Part shown: positions 1-11,714 of the stretch, piece by piece
Numbering within the stretch: the first letter of the stretch is position 1
How the letters are laid out: every line of letters begins with the position of its first letter
Assembly (NCBI GenBank): GCA_963976585.1
Contig: CAXBLS010000001.1
Location: forward strand, 1,787-65,786
DNA: 64,000 bases
Direction: 5' to 3'
Origin: an uncultured Kordiimonadaceae bacterium
GTDB taxonomy: Bacteria > Pseudomonadota > Alphaproteobacteria > Sphingomonadales > Emcibacteraceae
Made by a program: the position numbers and the translations under genes
The notes under the pieces: generated by a model
Told to the model about the DNA's origin: nothing
What the model saw: the letters and a program-made list of their open reading frames with translations, nothing else
Databases searched by the model: none

Positions 1-19
1 GGTGGAGAGGCTCAAATGA
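1..19 (+). CDS. rplD: 3' end of 50S ribosomal protein L4 gene (partial, cut by window edge)
   Basis: Frame 2 is open from the window edge and stops at TGA 17-19, overlapping the rplW ATG (ATGA). The slot upstream of rplW is rplD in S10 operons. Too short to confirm by sequence. Confidence 0.3.
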
Positions 20-309
20 CCGATATCAAACATTATGATGTTATCCTTGGCCCAGTAGTTACAGAGAAATCAACAATGCTCTCTGAAAACAATGTGGTTA
101 CGTTTAACGTGCCGATGACAGCTTCAAAACCTGAAATCAAAGCTGCTGTAGAGGCGCTTTTCAGTGTTAAAGTTGAAAAGGTAAACACAATTCGTCAAGA
201 CGGTAAAACTAAGCGCTTTAAAGGTGTTATGGGTCGTCGTTCCGATAAGAAAAAAGCAATGGTGAAATTGGCCGAAGGCCATTCCATCGATGTAACGACA
301 GGGGTGTAG
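16..309 (+). CDS. rplW: 50S ribosomal protein L23
   Basis: 97-aa ORF with an L23-like sequence ([11 protein letters not shown]...), placed directly before rplB as in S10 operons. Confidence 0.95.
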   Translation: MTDIKHYDVILGPVVTEKSTMLSENNVVTFNVPMTASKPEIKAAVEALFSVKVEKVNTIRQDGKTKRFKGVMGRRSDKKKAMVKLAEGHSIDVTTGV

Positions 310-313
310 TAAA

Positions 314-1147
314 ATGGCTTTAAAAACTTATAATCCAACTACACCGAGCTTGCGTTCACTGGTAACAGTTGATCGTAGTGAACTTTGGAAAGGTAAACCT
401 GTTAAGGCCCTTACTGAAGGTAAGCACAGCAAAGGTGGCCGTAATAACCAAGGTCGCATTACAATGCGTCACCGTGGTGGTGGACATAAACGCTCATACC
501 GCATGATCGACTTCAAGCGTCGTAAATGGGATATGGAAGCAACGATTCTACGTCTTGAGTATGATCCAAACCGCTCTGCTTTTATTGCTCTAATCGAATA
601 TGCTGATGGTGAGAAAACGTATATTCTTGCGCCACAACGTGTCGGTGAAGGTGATAAAGTGATCGCTGGTGATAAAGTTGACGTGAAACCTGGTAACGCG
701 ATGCCGCTTTACTCTGTTCCTGTTGGATCAATTGTTCATAACGTAGAAATGAAACCTGGTAAGGGCGGTCAAATCGCTCGCGCAGCTGGTGGATATGTAC
801 AGGTAACCGGTCGCGACCGTGGATATGTACTTCTTCGTCTGGCTTCAGGTGAGCAACGTTATGTTCGTTCAGATTGTATGGCAACCGTTGGTGCTGTATC
901 AAACCCTGACAATCAAAACCAAAAACTTGCTAAGGCTGGCCGTAGTCGCTGGCTTGGTAGACGTCCATCTGTTCGTGGTGTTGCTATGAACCCGGTAGAC
1001 CATCCACATGGTGGTGGTGAGGGTCGTACTTCTGGTGGCCGCCATCCTGTTACACCTTGGGGTAAGCCTACCAAAGGTAAGCGTACACGTAGCAATAAAT
1101 CAACTGACCGTTATATTCTTCGGTCACGTCACGAACGTAAGAAGTAG
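314..1147 (+). CDS. rplB: 50S ribosomal protein L2
   Basis: 277-aa ORF with L2 hallmarks ([13 protein letters not shown], basic C-terminus) and the conserved operon position. Confidence 0.97.
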   Translation: MALKTYNPTTPSLRSLVTVDRSELWKGKPVKALTEGKHSKGGRNNQGRITMRHRGGGHKRSYRMIDFKRRKWDMEATILRLEYDPNRSAFIALIEYADGEKTYILAPQRVGEGDKVIAGDKVDVKPGNAMPLYSVPVGSIVHNVEMKPGKGGQIARAAGGYVQVTGRDRGYVLLRLASGEQRYVRSDCMATVGAVSNPDNQNQKLAKAGRSRWLGRRPSVRGVAMNPVDHPHGGGEGRTSGGRHPVTPWGKPTKGKRTRSNKSTDRYILRSRHERKK

Positions 1148-1158
1148 GAGCAAGAGAT

Positions 1159-1437
1159 ATGTCACGTTCCGTTTGGAAAGGTCCTTTTGTCGAAATGCAT
1201 TTGCTGAAGAAATCTGAAGCAATGACAGAATCCGGCAAATCGTCGCCGATTAAAACATGGTCACGTCGTTCTACGATCCTACCACAGTTTGTCGGTCAGA
1301 CATTTAATGTACACAATGGTCATAAATTCATTCCTGTTTATGTAACAGATGAAATGGTTGGTCATAAACTTGGTGAATTCGCACCGACACGGACTTATTA
1401 TGGTCACGGTGCCGATAAAAAAGCGAGGAAGAGATAG
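1159..1437 (+). CDS. rpsS: 30S ribosomal protein S19
   Basis: 92-aa ORF starting [10 protein letters not shown] with ...[22 protein letters not shown], typical of S19. Confidence 0.97.
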   Translation: MSRSVWKGPFVEMHLLKKSEAMTESGKSSPIKTWSRRSTILPQFVGQTFNVHNGHKFIPVYVTDEMVGHKLGEFAPTRTYYGHGADKKARKR

Positions 1438-1820
1438 TGGGTAAGAAATCAACACCACGTCGCTTGGCCGACAACGAAGCAAAAGCGGAACTCCGCATGG
1501 TTCGTATTAGCCCCATTAAACTTAACTTGGTGGCTGCACTTATACGCGGCTTGAAAGTGGAGAAGGCGCTTGCCAATCTTACTTTCTCAAAAAAACGTAT
1601 TGCCAATGACGTTAAAAAGCTTCTTGAAAGCGCAATTGCAAATGCTGAAAACAACCATGGTTTGGATGTTGATAGTCTTGTTGTTACGGAAGCCAGCGTT
1701 GGTAAAGCAATGGTCATGAAACGCTTCCGTGCACGTGCACGTGGTCGCGGCGCTAAAATTCTCAAGCCTTTTAGCAATATGCGCATCGTCGTTCGTGAAG
1801 TAGAAGAGGGAGACGAATAA
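1437..1820 (+). CDS. rplV: 50S ribosomal protein L22
   Basis: 127-aa ORF with a GTG start overlapping the rpsS stop. L22-like sequence ([16 protein letters not shown]) in the S10-operon order. Confidence 0.93.
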   Translation: MGKKSTPRRLADNEAKAELRMVRISPIKLNLVAALIRGLKVEKALANLTFSKKRIANDVKKLLESAIANAENNHGLDVDSLVVTEASVGKAMVMKRFRARARGRGAKILKPFSNMRIVVREVEEGDE

Positions 1821-2551
1821 TGGGTCAAAAAGTTAATCCAATTAGCTTACGCCTTGGAATCAACCGCACTTGGGATAGTCGCTGGTACGCTGAAGGCGAC
1901 AAATACGGTACAATGCTTCATGAAGATCTTAAAATTCGTGACGAGCTTCTAAGTACGCTTAAATCAGCAGCCGTGAGCCGTGTTGTTATTGAGCGACCGT
2001 CTAAGAAGATGAGGGTGACAATTTACTCCGCACGTCCTGGTGTTATCATCGGTAAAAAGGGTGCTGATATTGACAAGCTTCGTCAAAAGATCGCTGCAAT
2101 GGCCCCTTCCGCAGGAGACGTAAGCCTTAACATAGTTGAGATCAGAAAACCTGAGATTGATGCGCAGCTCGTCGCAGACAACGTTGCTCAACAGCTTGAG
2201 CGTCGTGTTGCTTTCCGTCGTGCCATGAAACGTGTGATGCAAAATGCGTTACGTCTTGGCGCTCTTGGTATTCGTATCAATTCTGCTGGTCGTCTTGGCG
2301 GTGCTGAGATCGCCCGTACCGAATGGTACCGCGAAGGTCGCGTTCCACTGCATACACTTCGTTCAGACATTGACTATGCTGAAAGTAAAGCTCACACAGC
2401 CTATGGTGTGATCGGCATTAAAGTGTGGCTCTTCAAAGGTGAGATCATGGAACATGATCCAATGGCCCGCGACAACCGCATTAACGAAATGCAAAAATCT
2501 GGTGGTGGCGGCCAAGGCCGTGGTCAACGTAACTTTAGAAATGCAGGATAA
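1820..2551 (+). CDS. rpsC: 30S ribosomal protein S3
   Basis: 243-aa ORF starting [24 protein letters not shown] with a KH-domain core. TAATG overlap with rplV. Confidence 0.97.
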   Translation: MGQKVNPISLRLGINRTWDSRWYAEGDKYGTMLHEDLKIRDELLSTLKSAAVSRVVIERPSKKMRVTIYSARPGVIIGKKGADIDKLRQKIAAMAPSAGDVSLNIVEIRKPEIDAQLVADNVAQQLERRVAFRRAMKRVMQNALRLGALGIRINSAGRLGGAEIARTEWYREGRVPLHTLRSDIDYAESKAHTAYGVIGIKVWLFKGEIMEHDPMARDNRINEMQKSGGGGQGRGQRNFRNAG

Positions 2552-2556
2552 GGGAT

Positions 2557-2973
2557 ATGTTACAGCCAAAAAGAACAAAATTCCGTCGTGCTCATAAGGG
2601 CCGTATCCACGGAAACGCAAAAGGTGGCACAACGCTGACTTTTGGGTCATGTGGACTTAAAGCTCTTGAGCCGGAAAGAATCACCGCGCGCCAAATCGAA
2701 GCGGCACGTCGTGCTATGACACGTCATATTAAACGTCAAGGTAAAGTCTGGATTCGTGTATTTCCAGATGTGCCGGTATCCAAGAAACCTGCAGAGGTTC
2801 GTATGGGTAAAGGTAAGGGATCTGTTGAATATTGGGCAGCCCGTGTGAAACCTGGTCGTATTATGTTTGAAATGGATGGGGTTCCGCTTGATATTGCTCG
2901 TGAAGCATTTGAGCGTGCCGCAGCTAAATTACCAATCGCGACGCGTTTTGTAACGCGTCTCGGTGACAATTAG
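2557..2973 (+). CDS. rplP: 50S ribosomal protein L16
   Basis: 138-aa ORF starting [16 protein letters not shown], an L16 signature. Confidence 0.97.
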   Translation: MLQPKRTKFRRAHKGRIHGNAKGGTTLTFGSCGLKALEPERITARQIEAARRAMTRHIKRQGKVWIRVFPDVPVSKKPAEVRMGKGKGSVEYWAARVKPGRIMFEMDGVPLDIAREAFERAAAKLPIATRFVTRLGDN

Positions 2974-2984
2974 GAGAGTTCGTG

Positions 2985-3194
2985 ATGAGCAAAGCATCTG
3001 AACTTAATGGAAAGTCGATTGAAGAGTTACAGGGTGAACTCGCTGATTTGAAAAAAGAGCAGTTTAACCTGCGTTTTCAAAAAGCGACTAACCAACTTGA
3101 AAATACGGCTCGTGTTCGTCAGGTTCGCCGGGGTATTGCCCGCCACCAGACAGTGATTAATGCAAAGCGCGCAGGCGCGGCGTCAGAAGAATAA
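2985..3194 (+). CDS. rpmC: 50S ribosomal protein L29
   Basis: L29-like sequence [33 protein letters not shown] prefer ATG 2985 over the in-frame GTG 2982 because of its spacing from the GGAGAG Shine-Dalgarno. Confidence 0.92.
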   Translation: MSKASELNGKSIEELQGELADLKKEQFNLRFQKATNQLENTARVRQVRRGIARHQTVINAKRAGAASEE

Positions 3195-3206
3195 GGGATT
3201 ATATAA

Positions 3207-3443
3207 ATGCCTAAACGTATTCTACAAGGTGCAGTGGTAAGTGATGCAAATGACAAGACGATTACAGTTCTTGTCGAGCGTCGTTTTATGCACCCAATGG
3301 TGAAGAAAGTGGTGCGTCGTTCTAAAAAATACCGCGCCCATGACGAAAACAATAGTTTTAAAGTTGGTGACATTGTTCGCATTGAAGAGTGTCGTCCCAT
3401 CTCTAAAAATAAATCTTGGACTGTTATCGAAGACGCTAAGTAA
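3207..3443 (+). CDS. rpsQ: 30S ribosomal protein S17
   Basis: 78-aa ORF that is S17-like ([29 protein letters not shown]) in the conserved position. Confidence 0.95.
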   Translation: MPKRILQGAVVSDANDKTITVLVERRFMHPMVKKVVRRSKKYRAHDENNSFKVGDIVRIEECRPISKNKSWTVIEDAK

Positions 3444-3486
3444 TTAGCGGATTTGATAAATTAATTTTAGTAAGTAGGAAAAACCT

Positions 3487-3855
3487 ATGATTCAAATGCA
3501 AACCAACCTTGATGTTGCCGACAACTCTGGTGCCCGCCGTGTGCAGTGTATCAAAGTGCTTGGTGGCTCCAAAAGGAAAGTGGCTGGTGTTGGTGACGTA
3601 ATCGTCGTCAGTGTCAAGGAAGCTATTCCTCGTGGACGTGTGAAAAAGGGAGAGGTGCACCGTGCGGTAATCGTACGCACTAAGAAAGATATACAACGTG
3701 TAGACGGAACAACAATTCGTTTCGACAGCAACGCAGCCGTTTTGATAAATAAACAAAACGAGCCTATTGGTACACGTATCTTTGGCCCTGTTGTACGTGA
3801 GTTACGTGCCGCTCAACACATGAAAATTATTTCACTCGCTCCGGAGGTGCTCTAA
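3487..3855 (+). CDS. rplN: 50S ribosomal protein L14
   Basis: 122-aa ORF starting [28 protein letters not shown], an L14 signature. First gene of the spc block. Confidence 0.97.
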   Translation: MIQMQTNLDVADNSGARRVQCIKVLGGSKRKVAGVGDVIVVSVKEAIPRGRVKKGEVHRAVIVRTKKDIQRVDGTTIRFDSNAAVLINKQNEPIGTRIFGPVVRELRAAQHMKIISLAPEVL

Positions 3856-4175
3856 TGGCTAGCGTTAAGTATAAAATCCGTAAAGGTGATGAAGTGATCG
3901 TTCTTGCTGGTAAAGACAAAGGCAAGTCTGGTGAGATCACCAAAATGATGCCATCTGAAGGGCGTGCGATCGTTCAGGGTGTAAATTTGGTGAAACGTCA
4001 TACACGTCAGACGCAGGAAAGCGAAGGCGGTATAATCACTAAGGAAGCTTCAATTCATGTTTCTAATTTGGCTCTTAAAGATCCAAAATCAGGGAAAGCT
4101 ACGAAAGTTGGCTTTAAAATTGAAAAAGATGGAACAAAAACTCGTATTTCAAAATCATCAGGGGAGGCAATCTAA
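3855..4175 (+). CDS. rplX: 50S ribosomal protein L24
   Basis: 106-aa ORF with a KOW-type motif ([21 protein letters not shown]). TAATG overlap with rplN. Confidence 0.95.
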   Translation: MASVKYKIRKGDEVIVLAGKDKGKSGEITKMMPSEGRAIVQGVNLVKRHTRQTQESEGGIITKEASIHVSNLALKDPKSGKATKVGFKIEKDGTKTRISKSSGEAI

Positions 4176-4741
4176 TGGCTTATAGTCCTCGTCTTCGTGA
4201 TGTATATGACAAAGAAATTCGCGCTAGCCTGCAAAAAGAATTCAATTACAGCAATGTAATGGAAGTCCCCAAGCTCGACAAAATCGTGCTTAACATGGGT
4301 GTGGGCGCAGCTGTTAATGACAGTAAAAAAGTGAAGAAAGCGGTAGCAGAAATGACTAAAATTGCTGGTCAAGCTCCGGTTACGACACGCGCGAAAAAAT
4401 CAATCGCTGGCTTTAAGGTCCGTGAAGAAATGCCACTTGGTTGTAAAGTAACTCTTAGAGGTGCAAAAATGTATGAATTTTTGGACCGTCTTATTCAAGT
4501 TGCTCTACCACGTGTGCGTGACTTCCGCGGCGTTAACGACAATAGCTTTGATGGCCGTGGCAACTATGCTCTTGGTCTAAAAGAGCAGCTCGTTTTCACA
4601 GAGATCAACTATGATGACGTGGATGATATCCGCGGCATGGACGTGATTATCTGTACGACAGCGAAAACTGATAAAGAAGCACATGCGCTTTTATCTGGTT
4701 TCCAGATGCCGTTCGCTTCAAACACGGCTGGAGATAGATAA
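4175..4741 (+). CDS. rplE: 50S ribosomal protein L5
   Basis: 188-aa ORF that is L5-like ([13 protein letters not shown]...RDFRG...[10 protein letters not shown]). Confidence 0.96.
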   Translation: MAYSPRLRDVYDKEIRASLQKEFNYSNVMEVPKLDKIVLNMGVGAAVNDSKKVKKAVAEMTKIAGQAPVTTRAKKSIAGFKVREEMPLGCKVTLRGAKMYEFLDRLIQVALPRVRDFRGVNDNSFDGRGNYALGLKEQLVFTEINYDDVDDIRGMDVIICTTAKTDKEAHALLSGFQMPFASNTAGDR

Positions 4742-5046
4742 TGGCTAAAGTAAGTGCAATAAATAAAAACCTAAAGCGCGAACGTTTGGTGGCAAAGTAT
4801 GCTGAAAAACGTGCCGCTTTGAAAGCAGCAGCGAAAAACCCAGACCTTTCATTTGATGAACAGTTTGAAGCACGTCTGAAGCTTGCGAAATTGCCTCGTA
4901 ACAGTGCGAAAGTTCGTCTTCGTAATCGTTGTCAGGTAACAGGTCGCCCGCGCGGTTATTACCGTAAATTTAAAATGTCTCGTGTATCACTACGTCATTT
5001 AGCCTCACATGGCTATTTACCTGGCGTTGTGAAGTCGAGCTGGTAG
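4741..5046 (+). CDS. rpsN: 30S ribosomal protein S14
   Basis: 101-aa long-form S14 ([41 protein letters not shown]). Confidence 0.96.
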   Translation: MAKVSAINKNLKRERLVAKYAEKRAALKAAAKNPDLSFDEQFEARLKLAKLPRNSAKVRLRNRCQVTGRPRGYYRKFKMSRVSLRHLASHGYLPGVVKSSW

Positions 5047-5059
5047 GAGGACTAGAACT

Positions 5060-5458
5060 ATGTCTATGAGTGATCCTCTAGCAGATATGATTACACGTAT
5101 CCGTAATGGACAACGTGCTAACAAAAAAGCTGTTTCTTCACCTGCTTCAAAGCTTCGTCAGCGCGTGCTCGACGTTCTTGAGCGTGAAGGTTATATTCGT
5201 GGTTATGTCAGAGATGAAACAGAAACTGGCAAACCCGATTTAAGTATTGAACTGAAATATCATGAAGGTGATCCTGTGATCCGCGAAATTAAGCGCGTAT
5301 CCAAACCTGGTCGTCGTGTTTATTCATCCGTTGGTGATCTTCCACGGGTTCGTAACGGTCTTGGTATTTCGATTGTGTCAACCCCCAAAGGTGTACTTTC
5401 CGACTCTGAAGCTCGCGCTGAAAATGTCGGTGGCGAAGTCATCTGTACAGTATTTTAG
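5060..5458 (+). CDS. rpsH: 30S ribosomal protein S8
   Basis: 132-aa ORF containing [17 protein letters not shown], an S8 signature. Confidence 0.96.
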   Translation: MSMSDPLADMITRIRNGQRANKKAVSSPASKLRQRVLDVLEREGYIRGYVRDETETGKPDLSIELKYHEGDPVIREIKRVSKPGRRVYSSVGDLPRVRNGLGISIVSTPKGVLSDSEARAENVGGEVICTVF

Positions 5459-5467
5459 GAGAATATT

Positions 5468-6001
5468 ATGTCTCGTATTGGTAAAAAAGCTGTACAAATT
5501 CCGGCTGGTGTTGAAGCAAACCTTAATGACCGCGTTCTTACAATCAAAGGTCCAAAAGGTTCGCTTGATATGGCTTTCGTAAGTGAAGTCGATGCCAAGC
5601 TTGAAGATGGCGCAGTAACAATTACGCCACGTGGAGACGGCAAACGTGCTCGTTCCATGTGGGGGATGCAGCGCACATTGGTAGATAACCTCGTTCAGGG
5701 CGTTACAGAAGGGTTTGCAAAAACTCTTGAGCTCAACGGTGTTGGTTACCGTGCACAGATGCAAGGTAAAAATGTGAACCTCCAGCTCGGTTTTTCACAT
5801 GACATCCTTTATGAAGTTGCAGATGGCGTTGAAGTCAAATGTCCAAACCAGACTACAATCGTTGTTTCTGGTATCGATAAACAAAAAGTCGGCCAAGTTG
5901 CGGCAGAAATTCGTTCGTATAGAAAACCGGAGCCTTATAAAGGCAAGGGTGTTAAATACGAAGGCGAATATGTCTTCCGTAAAGAAGGCAAGAAGAAATA
6001 G
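5468..6001 (+). CDS. rplF: 50S ribosomal protein L6
   Basis: 177-aa ORF starting [16 protein letters not shown] with ...[14 protein letters not shown], an L6 signature. Confidence 0.96.
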   Translation: MSRIGKKAVQIPAGVEANLNDRVLTIKGPKGSLDMAFVSEVDAKLEDGAVTITPRGDGKRARSMWGMQRTLVDNLVQGVTEGFAKTLELNGVGYRAQMQGKNVNLQLGFSHDILYEVADGVEVKCPNQTTIVVSGIDKQKVGQVAAEIRSYRKPEPYKGKGVKYEGEYVFRKEGKKK

Positions 6002-6010
6002 GTACTCGTT

Positions 6011-6370
6011 ATGCAAAGTGGAAAAAAACTATTTGAACGTCGCCGTGCTCGTGTGCGGACCAGCCTACGTAAAGTGGCTAACGGCCGTCCACGTCTTTCT
6101 ATTCATCGTACAAACCAGCATATATATGCTCAAATTATCGATGATCAAAAAGGTGCGACACTCGCAACCGCTTCAACACTTGATGGTGATTTAAAAAAAC
6201 TAAAAGTGGGAAGCAATTCAGAGGCTGCTGCAGCCGTAGGTAAATTAATAGCTGACCGTGCCAAGAAGGCCGGTGTTGAGCAAGTTGTTTTTGATCGTGG
6301 TGGTTTTCTATACCATGGTCGCGTAAAAGCACTCGCAGACGCCGCCCGTGAAGCCGGTTTGAATTTCTAA
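6011..6370 (+). CDS. rplR: 50S ribosomal protein L18
   Basis: 119-aa ORF that is L18-like ([20 protein letters not shown]...[26 protein letters not shown]). Confidence 0.96.
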   Translation: MQSGKKLFERRRARVRTSLRKVANGRPRLSIHRTNQHIYAQIIDDQKGATLATASTLDGDLKKLKVGSNSEAAAAVGKLIADRAKKAGVEQVVFDRGGFLYHGRVKALADAAREAGLNF

Positions 6371-6380
6371 GGAATAGATT

Positions 6381-6932
6381 ATGGCTAGAGCAGAAAGAGA
6401 ACCTCGTCAGGAAAGTGAACTAACTGAAAAGCTTGTTCACATTAACCGCGTTGCCAAAGTGGTAAAAGGTGGTCGTCGTTTCGGTTTTGCAGCACTTGTT
6501 GTTGTTGGTGACCAAAAAGGCAAAGTTGGATTTGGTAAAGGTAAGGCACGTGAAGTTCCGGAAGCGATCCGTAAAGCAACCGAAGCTGCGAAAAAGAACA
6601 TGATCCGTGTTCCGCTTCGTGAAGGCCGTACTCTTCATCATGATATCGAAGGTCGTCACGGCGCTGGTAAAGTTGTTATCAGAAGTGCACAGCCCGGTAC
6701 TGGTATTATTGCTGGTGGTCCGATGCGTGCAGTATTTGAAGCACTTGGCGTACAAGACGTTGTGACGAAATCATTAGGTACATCAAACCCTTACAACATG
6801 GTGCGTGGTACATTCGATGCGTTAACAAAACAGGTTTCCCCACGTATGGTGGCCTCACGTCGTGGTAAAAAAGTAAGCGATATTGTTTCCCGCCGTGGTG
6901 AACGTAAAGCTGCCGCTGAAGCTACGGAGTAA
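6381..6932 (+). CDS. rpsE: 30S ribosomal protein S5
   Basis: 183-aa ORF that is S5-like ([24 protein letters not shown]...[13 protein letters not shown]). Confidence 0.96.
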   Translation: MARAEREPRQESELTEKLVHINRVAKVVKGGRRFGFAALVVVGDQKGKVGFGKGKAREVPEAIRKATEAAKKNMIRVPLREGRTLHHDIEGRHGAGKVVIRSAQPGTGIIAGGPMRAVFEALGVQDVVTKSLGTSNPYNMVRGTFDALTKQVSPRMVASRRGKKVSDIVSRRGERKAAAEATE

Positions 6933-6937
6933 GTTAG

Positions 6938-7123
6938 ATGGCGAAAAAAACAGTAAAAGTGACACAAATCGGTAGCCCGATCCGTCGCACAGCGGACCAA
7001 AGAGCGACATTGATCGGTCTTGGTCTTAACAAAATGCACCGGACACGCGAGCTTGAGGATACTCCAGCCGTGCGTGGTATGATCCGTAAGGTTCGCCACA
7101 TGGTCAAAGTTGAAGGTGAATAG
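6938..7123 (+). CDS. rpmD: 50S ribosomal protein L30
   Basis: 61-aa ORF that is L30-like ([30 protein letters not shown]). Confidence 0.94.
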   Translation: MAKKTVKVTQIGSPIRRTADQRATLIGLGLNKMHRTRELEDTPAVRGMIRKVRHMVKVEGE

Positions 7124-7131
7124 GTGGAATT

Positions 7132-7611
7132 ATGAAACTTAACGAAATCGCAAATAAGCCTGGTTCAACGAAGCCAAGAAAACGCATTGGTCGCGGTATT
7201 GGCTCTGGCAAAGGTAAAACCGGTGGTCGTGGTGTAAAAGGTCAGAAATCACGTTCTGGTGTGGCTATTAAAGGCTTCGAAGGCGGACAAATGCCAATTC
7301 ACATGCGTCTTCCAAAGCGTGGCTTTAACAATATTAATGCCAAAACTTTTGTGCCAGTGAACCTTGGTCGACTTCAAGAAGCAATCGACGCCAAGAAAAT
7401 TGACGCGAAAAAACCAATCACTATCGATGTTCTTAAAGCCGCTGGTGTGGTCACACGTGTTAAAGATGGCGTTCGTCTGCTGGCTAAAGGTGAGATCAAA
7501 TCAAAGGTAAATGTTGAAGTTAGCGGCGCGTCCGCAGCAGCGATTGCAGCAGTTGAAAAGGCAGGCGGTTCAGTTTCTGTGCCGGCTAAGGTTGAAACTG
7601 AAGCATCTTGA
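7132..7611 (+). CDS. rplO: 50S ribosomal protein L15
   Basis: 159-aa ORF that is L15-like ([24 protein letters not shown]). Confidence 0.95.
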   Translation: MKLNEIANKPGSTKPRKRIGRGIGSGKGKTGGRGVKGQKSRSGVAIKGFEGGQMPIHMRLPKRGFNNINAKTFVPVNLGRLQEAIDAKKIDAKKPITIDVLKAAGVVTRVKDGVRLLAKGEIKSKVNVEVSGASAAAIAAVEKAGGSVSVPAKVETEAS

Positions 7612-7654
7612 TCTTAAATAGTAGTAATTGATATTAAGATATAGGGACTAAAAA

Positions 7655-8992
7655 ATGGCATCAGCAGCGGAACAGTTAGCGGGAAATTTAAACTTAAGCG
7701 CTTTTTCAAAAGCAACTGAGTTAAAACAGCGCATATGGTTTACGCTGCTGGCCTTGATGGTTTACCGTCTAGCCACTTATGTGCCGCTTCCTGGTATTGA
7801 CCCTGTTGCGCTTGACCAGATGTTCTCGCAAAATCAGAGCGGTATTCTAGGAATGCTTGATCTGTTTAACGGTGGTGCCATTCAACGGATGAGTATCATC
7901 GCCCTTGGTATCATGCCTTACATTTCATCCTCAATCATTATGCAGCTCATGACTTCAATGAGTGTCAGAATGAAGGAACTGAAAAAAGAAGGCGAGGCAG
8001 GCCGTCGCAAGATCAACCAGTATACCCGTTACGGTACAGTTGTTCTTTGTATTGTTCAGTCTTATGCCATTGCTACTGGTCTTGAGCAGAATATTGCTAT
8101 TGAGCCTGGCATGTTCTTCCGTCTGACGACGGTAATCACGCTGGTTGGCGGTACTATGTTTCTGGTCTGGCTTGGTGAGCAGATTACGGCGCGCGGGGTT
8201 GGTAACGGTATTTCACTTATAATTTTCGCAGGCATTGTGGCCCAGCTGCCAATCGCTATTGCCAGCACACTTGATATGAGTGCCAAAGGCACTCTTGGTG
8301 GCCCGCTGGTTATTGTTGCGCTTCTTGTGATGGTGATTGCGGTTATTGCCACGATTGTTTTTGTGGAACGCGCCCAGCGTCGCGTTCTTATTCAGTACCC
8401 AAAAAGACAACAAGCAAACGGCATGAGCCAAGGCGAACAATCACATATGCCGCTTAAGCTTAATACGGCAGGAGTTATTCCGCCGATCTTCGCGTCATCA
8501 CTTCTTTTAATGCCTATGTCACTTGCTCAATTTTCAAGTGCTGATGGCCCTGAGTGGGTAACAACACTGACGTCTTTGTTTGGCGCTGGTCAGCCGCTTT
8601 ATCTACTATTTTATGTGGTTGGTATCGTGTTTTTCTGTTTTTTCTATACGGCTCTTGTGTTTAATCCCGAAGAAACAGCTGACAACCTTAAAAAGTATGG
8701 TGGTTTTATTCCAGGTATTCGTCCGGGTAAAAATACCTCAAAGTATCTTGATTACGTGCTGACCCGTCTAACAACTGTTGGTGCCATTTATCTCTGCGCA
8801 ATTTGTTTGCTTCCAGAGATCCTTAAAGCCCAATATGCAATCCCGTTCTATTTTGGTGGTACATCACTTCTCATCGTGGTCAATGTAACCATGGATACTG
8901 TTGGTCAGATCCACAGTCATCTTATGGCTCACCAATATGAAGGTCTCATGAAGAAATCTAAACTTCGTGGTGGCAAGAGGCGTCGCAAATGA
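7655..8992 (+). CDS. secY: Preprotein translocase subunit SecY
   Basis: 445-aa multi-pass membrane ORF with SecY signatures ([26 protein letters not shown]) at the conserved end of the spc operon. Confidence 0.97.
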   Translation: MASAAEQLAGNLNLSAFSKATELKQRIWFTLLALMVYRLATYVPLPGIDPVALDQMFSQNQSGILGMLDLFNGGAIQRMSIIALGIMPYISSSIIMQLMTSMSVRMKELKKEGEAGRRKINQYTRYGTVVLCIVQSYAIATGLEQNIAIEPGMFFRLTTVITLVGGTMFLVWLGEQITARGVGNGISLIIFAGIVAQLPIAIASTLDMSAKGTLGGPLVIVALLVMVIAVIATIVFVERAQRRVLIQYPKRQQANGMSQGEQSHMPLKLNTAGVIPPIFASSLLLMPMSLAQFSSADGPEWVTTLTSLFGAGQPLYLLFYVVGIVFFCFFYTALVFNPEETADNLKKYGGFIPGIRPGKNTSKYLDYVLTRLTTVGAIYLCAICLLPEILKAQYAIPFYFGGTSLLIVVNVTMDTVGQIHSHLMAHQYEGLMKKSKLRGGKRRRK

Positions 8993-9642
8993 TCATTATT
9001 TTACTCGGCCCTCCCGGTGCAGGTAAGGGAACACAGGCACAAAGAATTGAAAGCGCGCAAGGACTGGTTCAGCTCTCCACTGGAGATATGCTTAGAGCCG
9101 CCGTTACTGCGGGCACAGAAGTTGGCAAAAAAGCCAAAGATTTCATGGATGCGGGTAAACTCGTAACCGATGAAATCGTAGTTGGAATTATCGCGGACCG
9201 TATTGAAGAAGACGATTGCAAGCAGGGTTTCCTACTTGACGGCTTCCCAAGGACCGTAGCACAGGCGGAAGCCTTGGATAATATGCTTAAGCAGAAAGCC
9301 TTAAAACTCGACGCAATTGTCGAGATGCAGGTTGATGATGAAGCTTTGGTAGATCGGATCACAGGACGCTACACGTGCGCTGACTGTAATCAGGGATACC
9401 ATGACGAGAACCTTAAGCCCAAAGTTGATGGCGTCTGCGACAACTGTGGGTCTACGAATTTCAAACGCCGGGCAGATGATAATCGGGAAACCGTGTCGTC
9501 GCGTCTGGAAGCTTACCATGCTCAAACAGCCCCGCTGCTTCCTTATTATGAAGCTCAAGGTCTATTGAAAGTGGTAGATGGGATGGCTGATATCGATGAT
9601 GTCACCGCCCAAATAAGTGATGTATTAAGTGGCTTGAATTAA
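8989..9642 (+). CDS. adk: Adenylate kinase (long form with zinc-type lid, CxxC...CxxC)
   Basis: 217-aa ORF with P-loop [18 protein letters not shown] and lid cysteines CADC...CDNC. ATGA overlap with secY. Confidence 0.96.
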   Translation: MIIILLGPPGAGKGTQAQRIESAQGLVQLSTGDMLRAAVTAGTEVGKKAKDFMDAGKLVTDEIVVGIIADRIEEDDCKQGFLLDGFPRTVAQAEALDNMLKQKALKLDAIVEMQVDDEALVDRITGRYTCADCNQGYHDENLKPKVDGVCDNCGSTNFKRRADDNRETVSSRLEAYHAQTAPLLPYYEAQGLLKVVDGMADIDDVTAQISDVLSGLN

Positions 9643-9658
9643 ACCTCGTATCTAGGTC

Positions 9659-9687
9659 GAAAAACTTTTTTAAAAAAGCTTTTCTTC
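9659..9687 (+). terminator. Possible weak intrinsic terminator after adk
   Basis: AT-rich hairpin GAAAAACTTTT-TTAA-AAAAGCTTTTC with one mismatch, followed by a T-rich tail. It lies 17 nt after the adk stop. Confidence 0.35.
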
Positions 9688-9692
9688 AGAGG

Positions 9693-9720
9693 TTGACTAA
9701 GTGTTCTTAATACCTATAAT
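9693..9720 (+). promoter_or_regulatory. Sigma70-type promoter candidate for rpsM-rpsK-rpoA-rplQ
   Basis: TTGACT (9693-9698), a 16-nt spacer, then TATAAT (9715-9720). It sits about 78 nt upstream of the rpsM GTG. Confidence 0.55.
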
Positions 9721-9798
9721 CGCGCAACTTCATGTCATGCTTCTTAGCGTGATGGATTTTGCTGAATTGTTTGAATTTTTAGATCGGGAGAAACGATC

Positions 9799-10167
9799 GT
9801 GGCGCGTATATCCGGCGTTAACATACCCACCGCTAAAAGGGTGGAAATCGCATTAACCTATATCCATGGGATTGGGCTTACATCTGCGAAAGAAATTTGT
9901 GAAAAAAATGGTATTGCACCTGAGAAACGTGTGATGGAACTTAGTGATGCGGAAGTAATTAAAATCCGCGAAACGATTGATGCCGACTATATGGTTGAAG
10001 GTGATCGTCGTCGTGATGTCGCTATGAACATTAAACGTTTGCTTGACCTTGGTACATATCGTGGCCTGCGTCATCGTAAAAGATTACCTGTTCGTGGTCA
10101 ACGTACTAGCACCAATGCACGTACCCGTAAGGGTAAACGCATTGCTATAGCCGGTAAGAAGGGATAA
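9799..10167 (+). CDS. rpsM: 30S ribosomal protein S13
   Basis: 122-aa ORF with a GTG start after GGGAGA. S13-like N-terminus [25 protein letters not shown]. Confidence 0.95.
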   Translation: MARISGVNIPTAKRVEIALTYIHGIGLTSAKEICEKNGIAPEKRVMELSDAEVIKIRETIDADYMVEGDRRRDVAMNIKRLLDLGTYRGLRHRKRLPVRGQRTSTNARTRKGKRIAIAGKKG

Positions 10168-10178
10168 GGGTCAGTACG

Positions 10179-10565
10179 ATGGCACTAGAGAAAAAAGTTA
10201 AGCGTAAAGAACGCAAAAACATTACCAACGGTATTGCACATGTGAATAGCACGTTCAACAATACCATCATCACTATTGCAGACGTTCAGGGAAATGTAAT
10301 TTCCTGGTCAACAGCTGGCACAATGGGCTTTAAAGGTTCACGTAAGTCAACACCATATGCGGCTCAGATCGCTGGTGAAGATGCTGGTAAGAAAGCAATG
10401 GAACATGGCATTAAAACGCTTGAAGTTGAAGTTAAGGGACCGGGTTCTGGTCGCGAATCAGCTTTGCGTGCTTTGATGGCACTAGGAATTACAATTACTT
10501 CGATTCGTGACGTAACGCCGATCCCACATAATGGATGTCGTGCACCGAAACGCCGTAGAGTGTAA
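10179..10565 (+). CDS. rpsK: 30S ribosomal protein S11
   Basis: 128-aa ORF that is S11-like ([30 protein letters not shown]...[16 protein letters not shown]). Confidence 0.96.
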   Translation: MALEKKVKRKERKNITNGIAHVNSTFNNTIITIADVQGNVISWSTAGTMGFKGSRKSTPYAAQIAGEDAGKKAMEHGIKTLEVEVKGPGSGRESALRALMALGITITSIRDVTPIPHNGCRAPKRRRV

Positions 10566-10642
10566 ATAGTTGTAGCGTATTTCGTTTTCGGACGGATACG
10601 CTATTTATATTAAGCCTGACCTAAATAGATAAGGATTTAACC

Positions 10643-11665
10643 GTGATCCAAACGAACTGGCAAGAGCTAATAAAACCAACAACCCTGGAAATTATTCAAA
10701 AGGGTGCAGAACGTAGAAAAGCAAGAGTAGTTGCAGAACCGCTAGAGCGTGGTTTTGGCATGACACTTGGTAACGCGCTTCGTCGTGTGCTTCTATCGTC
10801 ATTACAAGGTGCTGCTGTAACATCAGTGCATATCGATAATGTCCTTCATGAGTTTTCATCAATTGCTGGAGTGCGCGAAGATGTGACGGATATCATCCTA
10901 AATATCAAAAAGCTTGCTGTAAGCATCGAAGGTGAAATCGAAGGTCCGCGTCGTTTGTCGCTACAAGCCACTGGCCCAGGTGAAGTAACGGCTGCTCAGA
11001 TCGAAGAAGTAACTGGCATTACCATTCATAATCCTGATCTTGTGATTTGTAACCTTGATGATGGTGCTGATCTTCGCATGGAACTTACCGTTGACACGGG
11101 TAAAGGGTATGTTGCGGCCGTTAAAAATCGTGCTGACGATGCACCAATAGGCCTTATCCCAGTCGATAGCCTTTTCTCACCGGTAACCCGTGTAAGTTAT
11201 AAAGTTGATAACACACGTGAAGGTCAGATCCTTGATTATGATAAGCTCACTATGGACATCGAAACAGACGGTACAGTAACACCGGAAGATTCGATCGCAT
11301 TTGCAGCGCGTATCCTTCAGGACCAACTTCAAACATTCATCAACTTTGATGAGCCAGAAGATGCAGCTGCGGATAAAGAAAGCGATGAGCCTGAATTTAA
11401 TCGTAATCTTCTTCGCCGTGTTGACGAGCTTGAACTAAGTGTTCGTTCTGCAAACTGCCTGAAGAATGACAACATTGTTTATATCGGTGACCTCGTGCGT
11501 AAAACAGAAGCAGAAATGCTTCGCACACCAAACTTTGGTCGTAAGTCACTGAATGAAATTAAAGAAGTTCTTTCCTCAATGGGGCTTCGTCTTGGAATGG
11601 AAAACCCAGGATGGCCACCAGAGAATATCGAAGAGCTTGTTAAGAAACTGGAACAAGAATTTTAA
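10643..11665 (+). CDS. rpoA: DNA-directed RNA polymerase alpha subunit
   Basis: 340-aa ORF with a GTG start. It begins [12 protein letters not shown] and carries the C-terminal domain motif [22 protein letters not shown]. Confidence 0.97.
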   Translation: MIQTNWQELIKPTTLEIIQKGAERRKARVVAEPLERGFGMTLGNALRRVLLSSLQGAAVTSVHIDNVLHEFSSIAGVREDVTDIILNIKKLAVSIEGEIEGPRRLSLQATGPGEVTAAQIEEVTGITIHNPDLVICNLDDGADLRMELTVDTGKGYVAAVKNRADDAPIGLIPVDSLFSPVTRVSYKVDNTREGQILDYDKLTMDIETDGTVTPEDSIAFAARILQDQLQTFINFDEPEDAAADKESDEPEFNRNLLRRVDELELSVRSANCLKNDNIVYIGDLVRKTEAEMLRTPNFGRKSLNEIKEVLSSMGLRLGMENPGWPPENIEELVKKLEQEF

Positions 11666-11714
11666 TTAATGGGACCGGGTCCGAAGGCGGATACCCCCTC
11701 AAGGAGTAAATACC

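Noticed and set aside
1328-1828. 166-aa minus-strand ORF antisense to rpsS/rplV. Similar long antisense ORFs occur at 26494-27162, 29902-30459, 60317-60826, 62739-63200 and 63348-63890.
   Set aside because: All lie entirely opposite strongly identified conserved genes. They have low-complexity or Ser/Arg/Leu-rich composition typical of shadow frames, and they lack ribosome-binding sites.
5316-6194. Plus-strand alternative-frame ORFs (5316-5582 and 5799-6194) inside rpsH, rplF and rplR.
   Set aside because: These are out-of-frame overlaps with highly conserved ribosomal protein genes and have no independent support.
9643-11714. Absence of infA and rpmJ after adk, and of rpsD between rpsK and rpoA, as a possible deletion or anomaly.
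   Set aside because: To my knowledge this arrangement is the normal alphaproteobacterial layout of the spc and alpha operons.
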